Assembly (NCBI RefSeq): GCF_006345805.1
Contig: NC_042997.1
Location: 107,880,001 to 107,944,000 of the forward strand
DNA length: 64,000 nucleotides
DNA from: Octopus sinensis
Lineage: Eukaryota
Direction: 5' to 3'
Shown here: positions 11,993 to 25,254 of the stretch, piece by piece
Numbering within the stretch: the stretch's first letter is position 1
Layout of the letters: each line of letters begins with the position of its first letter
The notes under the pieces: model-generated
What the model saw: only the letters and a program-made list of their open reading frames with translations
What the model was told of the DNA's origin: nothing
Databases searched by the model: none
Program-made: the position numbers and the translations under genes

Positions 11993-12040
11993 TATATTTA
12001 TACATATGCATATATACATACATCTATACGATATATATAT

Positions 12041-12103
<63 letters not shown>

Positions 12104-12325
12104 CATATGTGGACACAGGACATCAAGAAAGGTACAAAAAAAAAGTACAAAGCACGAGTACATGGAACATGAACTATTCTTTCGAACAACGAAAGACACA
12201 AATGGAAAGCAAAACAAACAACGTAAAGAACCTCTCTTCATCTGTTGTTGGCTGTTTTTCTAGTCTCGCATTTCGAGCATTTAACAACAATATACGCTTT
12301 CGATAAAACAGTTGCTCCCGCAAGA
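11311..12325 (-). mobile_element. Tandem terminal-repeat-like duplication (about 792-nt period) with HHR-like motif
   Basis: 11311-11530 recurs diverged at 12103-12322. Minus strand of the first copy (11372-11455) has aacaa CTGATGA aggg...ttc GAA AG aatag CT C atgtt; the second copy core reads CAGATGA. Confidence 0.5.
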
Positions 12326-13019
12326 GACGACGTATTGATGACGCAGTCAATGTGGTAGAGTATCTTATGTATTTTATTTTCAGAAGAAAAAGGTCGGAAG
12401 ATCTCTGAAATTTTAGTCGCTTTCGAAAGACTGTAAAATACTTTTGGTTTTGCTAGAGTTAAATATATATTTTAGTTATTTGGTGGGTGAAGCATTGTGG
12501 TTGCGAAGTAGAAGTGATTTAGTACTGTATCATGCGTAGGATAATTTATTTGCGGGGAGAAAGAAGATGTAGTAGATTAAGGAAAGGAAGGGAAAAGAGA
12601 ATGAGAAGAAAGAAGAAAAGAAGGAAGGAGTTAAACAGGTAGGGGTGGTGGTAGAGGTGGAAAAAATAAGGCAGGTAAATGCAATTCTTTGTTAGTTTTG
12701 TTGAATCAAGGTAGCTGGCTTCTATTTCAGCTGGTTCTCTTTAGTCCAGGGTAATAAATAATGACTGCATAAGCAAACGCTAGACTGGTTTGTGATGATA
12801 CAATGAGACTTAGAATGTTTTGATATCTTGGCATCTTGGACAGTCGCCACAGCTTACAGCAAAGTCTTTTTACTCGAAAATCTGTGACGTATATGAATTG
12901 CCTACATAGAAACTTGGCAGCTTCACGAGTCTGAGAAACACGGGTCAGCAGTTTCTTCCCGATCAACCTTTATTGCGATCAAATGCTTGTGCTGTACATT
13001 AGCCCATTCCTTCAATCAA

Positions 13020-13170
13020 TGTTGCTTCTACTGGTGCACAGTGTGCCACACGCCAGGTGTCGCAGTGATCGTAGATGGAGTGTTTTGCTCAAAAACACAA
13101 TGGTCCGGGAATCGAACCCATGATCTCGTGATCGTGTGTATAACACCCTAACCGGTAGGCCAGCGCTCTC
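13020..13170 (-). mobile_element. Family D tRNA-derived SINE head
   Basis: Minus strand GCTGGCCTACCGGTTAGGGTG...GGGTTCGATTCCCGGACCATTGTGTTTTTGAGCAAAACACT; similar to 52107. Confidence 0.65.
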
Positions 13171-13339
13171 ACACATACATACATACATACATACATACAT
13201 ACATACATACATGCATACATACATACATACATACGTACATACACACGTACATACACACATACATACATACATACATACATACATACATACATACATACAT
13301 ACATACATACATACATACATACATACATACATACATACA

Positions 13340-13608
13340 TGATGGCTGCCTCCTCGTTATCGAAGCTTAACTGTTATTGGTGCTGTGATCGAATGTGACT
13401 TTTTAGCCCAGCTAAAGATCTACAATGTCTTGTACAGAATTGGCAGCTAAAACCTTTACCGGCAATAGCCGGCTGTAGTTGTAACTGGGCTTCATGTACC
13501 TTTGCATGTCATTTAAGTCCTCCTGCCCAATTACACTATCTTCCACATGCCTGACAGATATGATTAGTACGGTGTGTAACACCACCACCAGTGGCCAGGT
13601 TGTCCCAT
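13340..13608 (-). mobile_element. RTE-clade LINE 3' end with two C2H2-type fingers
   Basis: Minus frame ICQACGR*CNWAGGLK*HAKVH...FSCQFCTRHCRSLAGLKSHIRSQH*, followed by TTCGATAACGAGGAGGCAGCCATC and a (GTAT)n tail. Confidence 0.75.
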
Positions 13609-15059
13609 ACATACATACATACATACATACAGTCGCGCGCGCACGTATCACATACACATATTCTTTTGGTAGTCTCTCGAGTTCATGGAAGACGATTCCG
13701 TCATTTCTTGCTGGATAATTTGTACAGATAAATTGTTTAAAGTGAACAAATAACTGTGTTGTGTATTAGCCATCGATATTGTCTGAACAGCTGCGCAGTT
13801 TACCGCTCATCAGATGTCGAAGTGATCGCACAGCATCGTGAAATGGTGTCTTGTTCAAGAACACAACACACTACCCGCTCCAGCTACCGAAACCATGGTC
13901 TCGCGATCTAAAGTGCAACGTTCTAACCACTAGACTACGCACACACATGCACACACCGCACTCACACACTCACAAATACACGCACAAACACACACGTACA
14001 TATGTCCCCCCCCTCCTCCCATCCTTCTTGATCACCTTTACAAATAGAAACATAAACGAGACCATCACTACAACTGCAACGACACACCACCACTACCACC
14101 ACCACCACCACCACCGCCGCTGCCGCCGCCATCCCCACCATCACCCCTATCCCCTCCCCCATCACTTCACACCCACCATAATCACCATCTTGCTACTCAT
14201 TTACATTCACAATACCGCAACACCTTCACCGCCGCTGCCTCCACCACTCTCACACCTTCGCCACCACCATTCTTACACATCCTCTTCTTCCCTCTTCCCC
14301 CACCCTTCACTCCCACAGCATCAACAACGTTATTCAATCTGCCAGGTTCAGAATCACATGAAACATTTCAGAGACACCCATCCCGTTTGTTCAGACATTC
14401 CTCTCCAAACTTTTCTTAAGTATCTTTTCATACCGTTTTGACATTAGGCTTCACACGTTGACACACAACACCTTAATTGCCAACAGCTACACACACACAC
14501 ACACACACACCACACGCTCGCATTTACCTGAAACAGCAATATTTACTATTGCTTAGGTTCTTTGTTTAACTAAAGTATCTTAATTAAAGTTTGGATTCCT
14601 CTTGAATATTCAGGCAGACAGCTTGTGATGTCCCTCCCCCCCCCACCAAATGGAACACTTAGCTGGACCGAGGAAATATGTGTCATAATGCAGGCGATCA
14701 AAAGAGCTTTTGACAAAATCTAGAACAATGAAGTGGCGTTCCAAGATGGAATAGATACACGAGAACAAGAGAGTTGGCAGCAAAGGTGATGTATAAATGT
14801 GTCAGTCTTGCTATATTTAAAGTGAGACATTGTGGAAGGAGACCAGCGCCAGTAACGAGATGGATGTCTCAACATTTGGTAGAATTTATTTGACAGCCAG
14901 CTTGAACAGTCGTTTTGTTTAGGATGAAGCCTTCATCACGTAACTGAAATCACAGCCTATTCTCTTCAAAAAGAAGGAAGGACAAACAGGCTGAGTAGTC
15001 CTAGCAAACAATATGTGTCAAAGATGGAATAGTCACAGCAGGAAGATTTTTCATCATCG

Positions 15060-15705
15060 ATTACTTCTTCAAAGAATGGCAACAATCACACGGAGATATT
15101 TCAACAAAATATAAGGATTTTAGTGAGAAAGAAGTTCATAAAAATATAAAATGTTGCAATTCTGAAAAGATTCATAGCAAGATTGTGGCGAAGAGGGACT
15201 GAAACGGAAACTTTTTTATATGATCGAGTAATGAAGGATCAGATCATGGAATATGGTCACATCTCTTGTCTGAGGCCTCAAAAGTTCAAGAGCCAGTGAT
15301 GGGCACAGAAAATCAGGGTTATGACAAGGGCATCATTCTTTTTGATTTTCTGGAATATGGTTGTACCATCAACAGCAAGAAGTACACTGTGGCTTTCGAA
15401 AAGTTTAGAGAAGTCATTAAGAAGAAACCGAAAAAAGAATCTGTAAGCGTTCCACATTCACCATTTCATTGAGTGAAGGAACGCGTTTGGTGGCAAATCA
15501 TTCAATCGGTAAATTGGGATGGTTATTGTTTCCCATTCATTGACTCTATAAATCAGATCTGGCACCCTCCGACTTTCCGCTCGGTCCGGACTTCGATGAC
15601 AGATACAAGATGGAGGGGCTTTTGAATCAGTGGATCCGACAATGAACGCCTAATTTTTTTTCAGGAGGATCTAGAAGTTGGGTTCAATGATGACGTAAAT
15701 AAATC
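15060..15705 (+). mobile_element. Old, decayed mariner transposase fragment
   Basis: KGIILFDFLEYGCTINSKKYTVAFEKFREVIKKK (mariner catalytic region) and a decayed DLAPSDF-like stretch (gatctggcaccctccgacttt). Confidence 0.6.
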
Positions 15706-16058
15706 ACTTGTGACGGAGACTGCTTTGAGTTGTACATTTGTAAAGAGGAAGAATTACTCCATCAACATGTGTAATTTGAATGACTTATGTCAGTTAAAAA
15801 AAAGTAGTGCCTAGTTTGGCGTTACTTTCGGTACAGCTCGTAGCTCTTGTGTTTAAAGAATGTTACTTCTAACGAGTTTTTACTAGAAATTTACATTTTG
15901 AATTTGTTGAAATTAATAAACCGTGTTTTGCTTTCTGTCAACCACAAACGTATAGAAACAGATCTACTTAAGGAAATATCTTTTCCATCATTCTGCTGTG
16001 AAGTGAATTCACGTGTTTGTTATATGCAATTTGGTCTGGGTAAAAATATATGTGTCTC

Positions 16059-16092
<34 letters not shown>

Positions 16093-16229
16093 TGTATGTA
16101 TGTATGTATGTATGTATGTATGTATGTATGTATGTATGTATGTATTTACGTCATCATTGAACCCAAGTTCTAAATCCTCCTGAAAAAACATCAGACGTAC
16201 ATTGTCGGATCCACTGGTTCAAAAGTACC

Positions 16230-17270
16230 TCCATCTTCTGATCTTAATCATTTAAATTCTTCCTCTGACGAAGGAGCTGGTTTCTAACAAAGATACAAAA
16301 TTCCATCTTTGGAATGATGATAACAAAAACAATGTCACATTTTAAACCAGAGAAAAGTCTTGCATAGTTTTACTGTTCCGTTTACAGATTGTATTTGTAA
16401 TGTGCGAATCAGTTGGTTGATTTCTTCTTCTGAAAATGCAAGCTTATCCAAACTAACAGTTAGGCATTTGCATACAAAACCAAGTGCTCCGGTTATTATT
16501 GGAATAAATGTAAATTTGTAGTATGGATATAGAAGCTGGAGCTTTCGAAACAGTTGTCCATAGTTATCTTCTGTCTCTTTGATTTTCAAAGAGACACTCA
16601 CATCAACAGGACAGCTGATCTCCATGACGGTACATATCTTTTCCTTGTCTGTCCCAAAACAACAACATCTCAGCTTGTTCTGCTTTACACGTGACTGATG
16701 TTTTGATGGGAATGTTCCACCAGTATTCCTTGTGCTGGTTTTTGCGTGCGCATTCAATAACATGGGGAATCTCTATATTTATTCCAGGACAGTCGTTTTT
16801 CCGGATGGAATTGTATATTGTTTTTGAGACAGTGGGCAGCTGCTTCTCACATGTGTGATGTCTTACACAGAAATATGACATAATCAATAGTTACGGTTGC
16901 ATCTTGCAACTCCAAGGGCTTCACTGTCTCTTTTGTCGCTTAGGTATTTAGTAGAAATCTGTTCTTGGATTGTAGATGCATAGCCTTCGAGGTGTTATGT
17001 GATGGAGTAGTCACGAGTCCATGAGAGGCTTCGCTTCAATCCAATGTTACTATCTTCTTCAAGTCATCGAGAAACATACCTATGCATGTCCTTTTTTGGT
17101 ATGCTGAGCGTTTCATTTCCAGCTCTTATCTGAGGTTTGCTAGTCCGGCTGATTTGGGGTTGTATAGCAGGTCATCAGGAAGAGAATACTTCCTGAGGAA
17201 CCCACTTCCAACATGCAGGATATTTTTGTCTCAAGCCCCTAACTCCTTTATCTCTTCTCAGGTAGAGCCT
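16230..17270 (-). mobile_element. R4/Dong-type (RLE) non-LTR retrotransposon 3' fragment, internally deleted
   Basis: ICTVMEISCPVDVSVSLKIKETEDNYGQLFRKLQLLYPYYKFTFIPIITGALG...LQIQSVNGTVKLCKTFL (restriction-like endonuclease domain); near-identical to 47100-47450. Confidence 0.85.
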
Positions 17271-17990
17271 GCATGCATGTATGTATGTGTGTGATGTATG
17301 TATGTATGTATGTATGTATGTATGTATGTATGTATGTATGCATGCATGTATGCATGTATGTATGTATGTATGTATGTATGTATGTATGTATGTATGCATG
17401 CATGTATGTATGTATGTATGTATGTATGTATGTATGTATGTATGTATGTATGTATGTATGTATGTATGTATGTATGAGTGTGTGTATGTATGCATATATG
17501 TATGTATACATGCATGTGTGTATGAGCGTGTGTGTGTATGTATGTACACAAACACATATAGATATCAATTTTTCCCTGAGGAGATTTTACTCTGAAGAGA
17601 TTTTTACATTTTAAACTCAAATGTCTGTTTCTGCTTTAATGAGTTCTGGCGTAATGTTAAAGAGAGCGGTCCAGTATGTGTGTATATAATATATTATATA
17701 TATATATACACACATACAGCTAGTCGTAAAATCTGAAGAAGAGATCAGGGTAGTAGATATACTAACAAGTAAATTTTACCACCAAATCAAAGTGGCTGTA
17801 CCATGTTACTGCTAGTTTAACCCCAGGCAGACCTTCCGCCAGTTGGTTGTTGGTGTGACACTGCACCCTGTATATACAATATATATTGCCAGCAGAGGGA
17901 GCAAACCCCTACCATCATCTTGTAAACACAGGATCGCGAGACTGACTCAGTATCGAGCAGCTTGACACATCCTTTGTCGCGAGTACCTGG

Positions 17991-18018
17991 CCGACGAAGA
18001 GCTCCGCTCGAAACGTTA
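17991..18018 (+). ncRNA. Hammerhead core (U4C variant) at a PLE-type end; helix I not paired in this copy
   Basis: CCGACGA a GAGC tcc GCTC GAA ACGT T a. Confidence 0.5.
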
Positions 18019-18109
18019 AACCCTCCATCTTTCCTGAGCGTCCAATAATACTATATTTGTTCCACGTCCTCGCGTTGTTGGTTTTTTTTGTGCTTTCTTG
18101 TTTGAATTA

Positions 18110-18153
<44 letters not shown>

Positions 18154-18464
18154 CCACACATACATATATGCTTATATATATATATATATATATAATATAT
18201 ATATATAGATATATATATATATATATGCTTATATCTAATAATGGTGGCTTATTAGCAATTAAACAACCTAAAGGCAAATTATAGAGGTCACTAAAGCTAT
18301 GTGGCTTTTGCGTTGATTTGACTCTTATTCTAGCATCATGGTATTAATTACTACCCGCTGGCCCTTAGTAACCTCTCACACACACTCTATCTATTCTCTC
18401 CTGTATATATATATATTCAATATACTTCATACATATATACATTTATATCTATTCTATCTATCTG

Positions 18465-18568
<104 letters not shown>

Positions 18569-18780
18569 GTGTATTCCCTGCTATCCAAGGTCCCAGATGA
18601 ACCAACATCAGGCAGGGGGCTCAAATGAGGGCGGCAGTATCGAACTCCCTCCTTAACCAAAACCAACCAGATAGAATTGGCCATTAAAATGGTGATTATA
18701 CTGATGGTGCCCCAGCATGGCCACAACCTTAGAGCTGAAATACCATGTATGTATAATATGTATGTGTATGTGTTTCTATT

Positions 18781-18834
<54 letters not shown>

Positions 18835-18890
18835 ATATATATATATAATACATACATATGCGCACACACATACGCACGCGCACACAGACG

Positions 18891-18926
<36 letters not shown>

Positions 18927-19726
18927 TATATAAGAAGAGAAAGAGTGGGAGAGGGTGAGACTGAGAGAAAGTGGAATGGTGAGAGATTGAGACGTGGATA
19001 TAATGGCAGGCAAATCGAAAGAAAGGAAAGCGGAGGGAAGAGAAACTGCAAGTTCTAACGACTCGCTCACTCCGAGGAGTAAGTCTTATAACAAAAATTG
19101 TGCCTTGTGATGATCACAGACAATCCGATCATGACCAGCACTACCTTTCACGTATTGCCTATCTTAAATTACATTACCCAATGTGTCTAATCATATTCAA
19201 GAAGATAGGGTGTCATTTAAAAGTAGCCACCAGGTACAGGCGTGTTTATTTGCTGGTGACTTGACTGGTTAATAATACTAAGATATGACGACTAGACAGT
19301 AACGTCTACTATTAAACAATTAGTGTAATCGTGGACATACCACTCTACTGGTAGATATACCAGTGAAAGCAAACAGTAAGGTGTAGCACTATAAACAACA
19401 ACGTGAACTAGTTTTAGTGCGACTGGTAAACTGACCCAAATAGAAATCTATTATTTTTATTGTCCGCTAACAAATATTTCCCATGGCCCAAATATGACAT
19501 TTTTTCGAAGTTGGCAATATTTACAATTATTCGTTTTCTTCATCTACACAAACAATATTTACACAAAATAGCTCAGAATGAAACAAGATGGGGTTATTGT
19601 TTTATATATAATATAATATAAAATGATATAATATAATATAGCTGCGATACCCATGTGCATATTAATCGTAACCTATCTATATACTATATATATTCATGTA
19701 TGTAATATAAAGCTGTATATATATAT

Positions 19727-19803
<77 letters not shown>

Positions 19804-19845
19804 TATATATATAAATAATATATATATATATAATATATATATATG

Positions 19846-19893
<48 letters not shown>

Positions 19894-19946
19894 TATATAT
19901 AATTATATATTATATATTATATATATATATTAATATATAGATATAT

Positions 19947-19993
<47 letters not shown>

Positions 19994-20064
19994 ATATGTA
20001 AACTATATATATATATACAGATCTACCATATAAATATACTATACGCCATATTCCCTTCCATATC

Positions 20065-20155
20065 GGCTAACACTGATGAGCGTAAGTTATACAATCGGAT
20101 TGTTACTTGATATTCCATTGTATTCCTTGCTCGAAACCGATCGGTAAGATCAACC
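20065..20155 (+). ncRNA. Degenerate hammerhead motif
   Basis: CTGATGA gcg...(acaatc/gattgt hairpin)...tgctc GAA ACCGATCGGT A; 10-nt perfect palindromic helix III, GUA triplet; base of helix II and helix I imperfect. Confidence 0.6.
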
Positions 20156-20207
20156 GTGATGGATATTTATACCGTACTTACGGATAATATATATATTATA
20201 TATATAG

Positions 20208-20240
<33 letters not shown>

Positions 20241-20260
20241 ATATATATATATATACATAT

Positions 20261-20570
20261 ATATCAGAATATTGTTTAGAGATAGAAACACCCACAACTT
20301 CATCAACTCCTCCCTAACCATATAGCTCAACCAAGCCATAAAGTGTTAAATAATAACTTAACTATTTAATTCATAATCCCAAGTTTTCATATTACGGACT
20401 ACACGTGTTTCATACGTACCCTCATGAAACACGTGTAGTCCGTAATATGAAAACTTGGGAATATGAATATAAATAGTATTTTATTTAACATTTTATGGCT
20501 TGGCTGAGTTAATATCGTTTGGAGTTGATGAAGTTGTGGGTGTTTCTATCTCTAACAATATTCTGATATA
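20261..20570. repeat. Long imperfect inverted repeat (about 150-bp arms, 10-nt loop at 20414-20423)
   Basis: atatcagaatattg...ggactacacgtgtttcat acgtaccctc atgaaacacgtgtagtcc...caatattctgatat. Confidence 0.9.
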
Positions 20571-20669
20571 TATGAATTAATTATTGAAAGTAATTAAATT
20601 TAATATTTTTAATTTAAATGTCTCATTCCTGTGGCACTGGAATTGATATTCTCAATAAAACAACAACAA

Positions 20670-21410
20670 CAACAGCAACAACAACAACAACAATGTTTCT
20701 TTATTAGACACGCAGGGCTGAACACAGAGGGGACAAATTACAGAGTAGAGCGTTTCTTTTTGGGGAGAAAAAAAAGGGGGGGGTAGGTTTTCGATCAAAA
20801 GGGAACGAAAAAAAGAAGAAAAAAATCCGATCAATAGGGATCGTGTACCACAGAAATGTCACGATGTAAAGTGTAAAGGGGAAAACAGATAAGATTTATC
20901 CGTGGAAAGAAAAGCCCATGGAAAAGACCACGGTAATCTCGGTCAATAATGTCACATGTTAACACATTTATTTGCAAGTAAGTAACTCTCTGTTTTAAAT
21001 TTTTCCGGGTTCACAGGATTATACTCAAGGTGGCTTCGTCATTCATACGTGCCATCCTTGCTACATTCACCCATATTTTTTGAAAATTCGCTAGACAAAA
21101 CTTACCTCTCTACTTTCACTTTCCTTTTCAAGTGATACTTGAAGAGTTGATGAGATTGACCATAGAGGAAAGTGTTGTCTCCAATCTTTCAGACGTGTCC
21201 ACCAGAACATTATTTCGCCATAGCCACAAGGATGATGAAATAGCTCTCTTTCCCCGTTTGATAGAAGGGAGGCGTGACAATATTGACGATAGACTCGGCT
21301 GATAACCGACTCGTCCCACACGTGACAGCAGTTGTTCGAACATAGGCCCATAGGTCGGAAATGTTGGACCTGACCGCATCTCGGGCAGGTCGGTCCCGTG
21401 TATTTTATTT
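20670..21410 (-). mobile_element. L1/Tx1-like LINE 3' end (CCHC region, frameshifted) with (TTG)n tail
   Basis: Across three minus frames: GPTCPRCGQVQH / EQLLSRVGRV / AESIVNIVTPP...FIILVAMAK* / WWTRLK / FKYHLKRKVKVER*VLSSEF; then 3' UTR and TTG repeats. Confidence 0.7.
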
Positions 21411-21552
21411 TGTCTTCGTCGTTGCTTACTCTGTGCGTATACAAACACACATATGTATATAAATCGATATGTGTACATACATATACATATTACAACGCAT
21501 ATATATATATGATATATATATATATATATATATAATATATATATATAACTAT

Positions 21553-21594
<42 letters not shown>

Positions 21595-21982
21595 GGTGCA
21601 GGAGTGGGTGTGTGGTAAGTAGCTTGCTAACCAACCACATGGTTCCGGGTTCAGTCCCGCTGGGTGGCATCTTGGCAAGTGTCTTCTGCTATAGCCCCGG
21701 GCCGACCAATGCCTTGTGAGTGGATTGGTAGACGGAAACTGAAAGAAGCCTGTCGTATATATGTATATATAATATGTGTTGTGTGTGTTGGTTGTGTTGT
21801 GTTTGCTGTGTTTGTCCCCTAGCATTGCTTGACACCCGATGTTGGTGTGTTTACGGTCCCCGTCCCTAGCGGTTAGACAAAAGAGACCGATAGACTAGTC
21901 CTGGGGTCGAGTTGCTCGATTAAAGGCGGTGCTCCAGCATGGCCGCAGTCAAATGACTGAAACAAGTAAAAGAGTAAAAGAG

Positions 21983-21985
<3 letters not shown>
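21595..21985 (+). mobile_element. Family A tRNA-derived SINE, full length
   Basis: GGTGCAGGAGTGGGTGTGTGGTAAG...GGGTTCAGTCCC (B-box-like)...CTTGGCAAGTG...central TA/TG tract...AAAAGAGT tail. Confidence 0.9.
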
Positions 21986-22066
<81 letters not shown>

Positions 22067-22989
22067 TGGCCTGGGTTCCCTCCTGCTAGCATCGGTCACT
22101 TACTCTGTACGTCCACTCTAACCTTCCACAAATTTTATATTTCTACAATTTCTGGATGCTGCTGTTTTATGAAGGTTTCCTATCGTGTTGAAATCTCGAA
22201 ATAGGGATCATACAATCAGCAGCTGTCCAAAAGCATCTGCAAAGTATTTACCTTCCTATGAGACGCGACGTTGTTGTTAAAACCGACGTAGATGGTTTTA
22301 ACGACAAAGTCAGCGGCTCAGTAGATGTTAATGTTTCCTCTGAAATTGTGTAAAAAAGAGAATATCAACAGTGGACTAATGCGCAACTTATATCTCTTGT
22401 ATTTTGGCTATAAGGGTCCATTGGTACATATCAAATTTGTATTGGACCAAGTAACAACAGGTTTTTGTAAAAACCACGAAATGCCAGGCGTTTCCAACCG
22501 AACACAAAGCAAATTAATTCGAATTCTCCATATAACATATTCGCAGATATACACCTGCATATATACACATATATACTTTTGTATAGGCCCACATACACAT
22601 ACACATACACACTCAAGCATCTACATTTATGCATACATACACCTACATATATACACACGCATCCTTACATATATAGATCTTCATAAACACACATACATAT
22701 GTATATATATGCATACCTACACATACACATATATACTCACACACACACACACGCACACACACACACACGCACACACACACACACACACATATATGTGTAT
22801 GTACATAAACCAGTTTACATGCACACAGGTGCTTACACTTATATATACGCTCACATTTTCGCAAATCACTGGACCTGTTTTGGTTTTAAAAAAAATTCTG
22901 TCACTTTGTTGACGACTAACTTGAATTCGAGAACTTGAACAAATTTCAAAGGAAAACACATTCGCACGCGCGCACACACATTCACACAG

Positions 22990-23047
<58 letters not shown>

Positions 23048-23189
23048 CATATTCACTCGTACCAGCCATCCAACCAACAAACCAAGAGACCATACTACCT
23101 ACCTACTTACCAATCTACCTACCTACCTACATTCCTAGCTAATTATATGAATTACATATATACATGTAAACATATATATATATATATGT

Positions 23190-23268
<79 letters not shown>

Positions 23269-23281
23269 CACATAATCAAAA

Positions 23282-23375
23282 TAAGCAACAAGGATATCCA
23301 TAGGTAATGCAGTACGATTGTTTCAAGCAACTCCATTTAATTGAACAATGCAATCATTACATCAGTTTAAATGTA
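23282..23375. mobile_element. Half copy of the 5696 fold-back element
   Basis: TAAGCAACAAGGATATC...ATGCAGTACGA...CCATTTAATTGAACAATGCAATCATTACATC, matching one arm of 5696-5877. Confidence 0.65.
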
Positions 23376-24099
23376 GAGTAATCTTCAGCTGCATAAAGAC
23401 ATAGAATCTAATTAAATTAAAACAGATGGACACAATAGTATAATTTTACCTAAAATCTCCAAGAAGGTAAGGAGATAGACAGAGAACATGATGTCTATTC
23501 CTTACAAGTGTACACACACGCACACACAGACATACACAGCTGTATATAAACAACTTTAATGCTTTGATTCCCAAGTTGTAAGTCATATTAGTCAAGAATC
23601 GAAAGAGGGATTTGATTAAAGTCTGTCTTATTGCGATGTATTGATGGCGGTGGTGGTGGTGGGAGGGGGTAAATGTTCTGTAGATGTTTGGAGGTAAACT
23701 GTGGTGTAGTGAGATATACTGAGATGTTTTGAGGGTAAAGCTTCTCACCGTGCCCCTCACCAAAAACACGACACTTGTGGGAAAAATTCAGATCAGCATT
23801 GCAAGCTAAAGTAACTCTCGTCATTTTTACATTGCTCCTGCTGGAACAATCTTATCTTAGTCGTTACATGAAGTAACCATACGACATATATTTATTTCCT
23901 TGTTCAGCAAATCAACAATTATTGACTCAAATTAAATTACGTTTCTTCTTTATAGTAAATGGAAATGAACGATTTAAAGGCGGAATGTCATGTCTGGTAG
24001 ACTACTTTTTTGAGACGAGATTCTTTCAGAAGGAGAGAGCCACTCCTGGAATTTGTTATAGGATAATGGAGCTAACACCGTTCGAACCGATCACCTTCT

Positions 24100-24900
24100 T
24101 GGCTTGAATCAATCAAAGTAGTTTTATATTCTGTGAACTTGATGGAGAGTGTAAGAGAGTGATGGATGGATGAGTTTCGTTGAGTGCAAACAAAATAGAA
24201 TTTGAGAGGAAACCGGCAGCAGATATGAAGGTCTTTTATGGTAAAAAGAGCCGCTAGAAATTCAAACCCATTGAGAATGATTTATAAGACATTTCCGCAA
24301 AACTGACAGACAAATTCTTGATAATGATCCAGAAAGTTCTTTATAACTTAGAAGGCAGACTTGTCAACAGACCGCGCAATACATGAAGACAGCTTTACTT
24401 TTCTGGTGGTAGTAGTTGTGTGTAAACTCCACTCCAGTTATGGGTGATGGTCAGTAGCTGCTTCTCGGTGTTTTGTAGATAATGTTAGTTGCTTTTGCTT
24501 CAACAACTCTGCCATAGATAAACCATTGATAGGGAGGTTTGGGTTATCAAGTTCGGTTCGATCCATCGCTGATCTATTTGAATGGGTAGGGAATGAAAAC
24601 TCCAGATTAAATGGGTTGGAGGGAATACGAACTAGAGGGGGTGGGGCGGGAAAAACTCAACTTGTGTGTTAGCAGCGTCGGTGTTGAGTGAGGTGCAAGA
24701 AGCAGAAAGGTGACGAGTACTCTGACGTCATTAAGGATGACTTAAGATGAGAGGAAAGTCAGGTGAGGCAGTGAAATATCTTTCGGTGATTGGAGGAGAA
24801 TTGGCAGCGGTAACTATAGAAGGATTGGGAAGATGAACCGGGGCAATGAGTAGATTCACTTTATATGAGAAATAGGTGGGATGGTTACGTTTGGAATGTC
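24100..24900 (-). mobile_element. Heavily decayed PLE endonuclease-region fragment
   Basis: Minus strand has remnants such as CRVVEAKATNIIYK and TGVEFTHNYYHQ resembling the GIY-YIG region; many stops. Confidence 0.45.
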
Positions 24901-24974
24901 CTTAATCATAGGTCAACTGAATCAGAGCGACCTGGGGCTAAAGAACAACCGTCTCCTTATGCAATAACAACAAC

Positions 24975-25188
24975 AACTTCAAATTTTGGCAGAAGGCCAG
25001 CAATTTCAGAGGAATGGACAAATCGATGACATTGACACCAATGATCAACTGGTACTTATTTTATCGATTCCGAAAGGATGAAAGGCAAGGTCAACCTCAG
25101 CGGAATTTGAACTCATACTTTAAGCCGGACGAAATGCTGCTAAGCATTTTGCCCGACGAGCTCGCGATAATGCCAGCTGACCACCTTA
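24975..25188 (-). mobile_element. Family B SINE
   Basis: Reverse complement has GAGTTCAAATTCCGCTGAGGTTGACCTTGCCTTTCATCCTTTCGG. Confidence 0.75.
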
Positions 25189-25254
25189 AGAACAACAACA
25201 GTGATGATGATATGATGATGATGATGATTGATGATGATGATGATGATTGATGAT

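Noticed and set aside
12727-12966. ORF ending SQTSLAFAYAVIIYYPGL, faintly like SLC5 TM3-4
   Set aside because: No YLE.RF motif and no phase-compatible splice sites; similarity too weak.
13412-13657. ORF with a signal-peptide-like hydrophobic stretch (WPLVVVLHTVLIISV)
   Set aside because: Alternative frame of the RTE zinc-finger tail; its start lies in a microsatellite.
16261-16300. CTGACGAAGG string resembling an HHR 5' core
   Set aside because: Antisense of the R4/Dong 3' UTR hairpin; no GAAA/helix III partner.
21106-21430. Apparent 325-nt Cys-rich exon (CAG acceptor, GAG|GTAAGT donor), with a second open frame containing KRGKR like a prohormone
   Set aside because: Stitching three frames gives a coherent L1/Tx1 ORF2 C-terminus running into a 3' UTR and (TTG)n tail; it is a frameshifted LINE end.
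22099-22260. Consensus minus-strand donor GTAAGT at 22103 with an upstream CAG
   Set aside because: All three frames contain stops; no homology.
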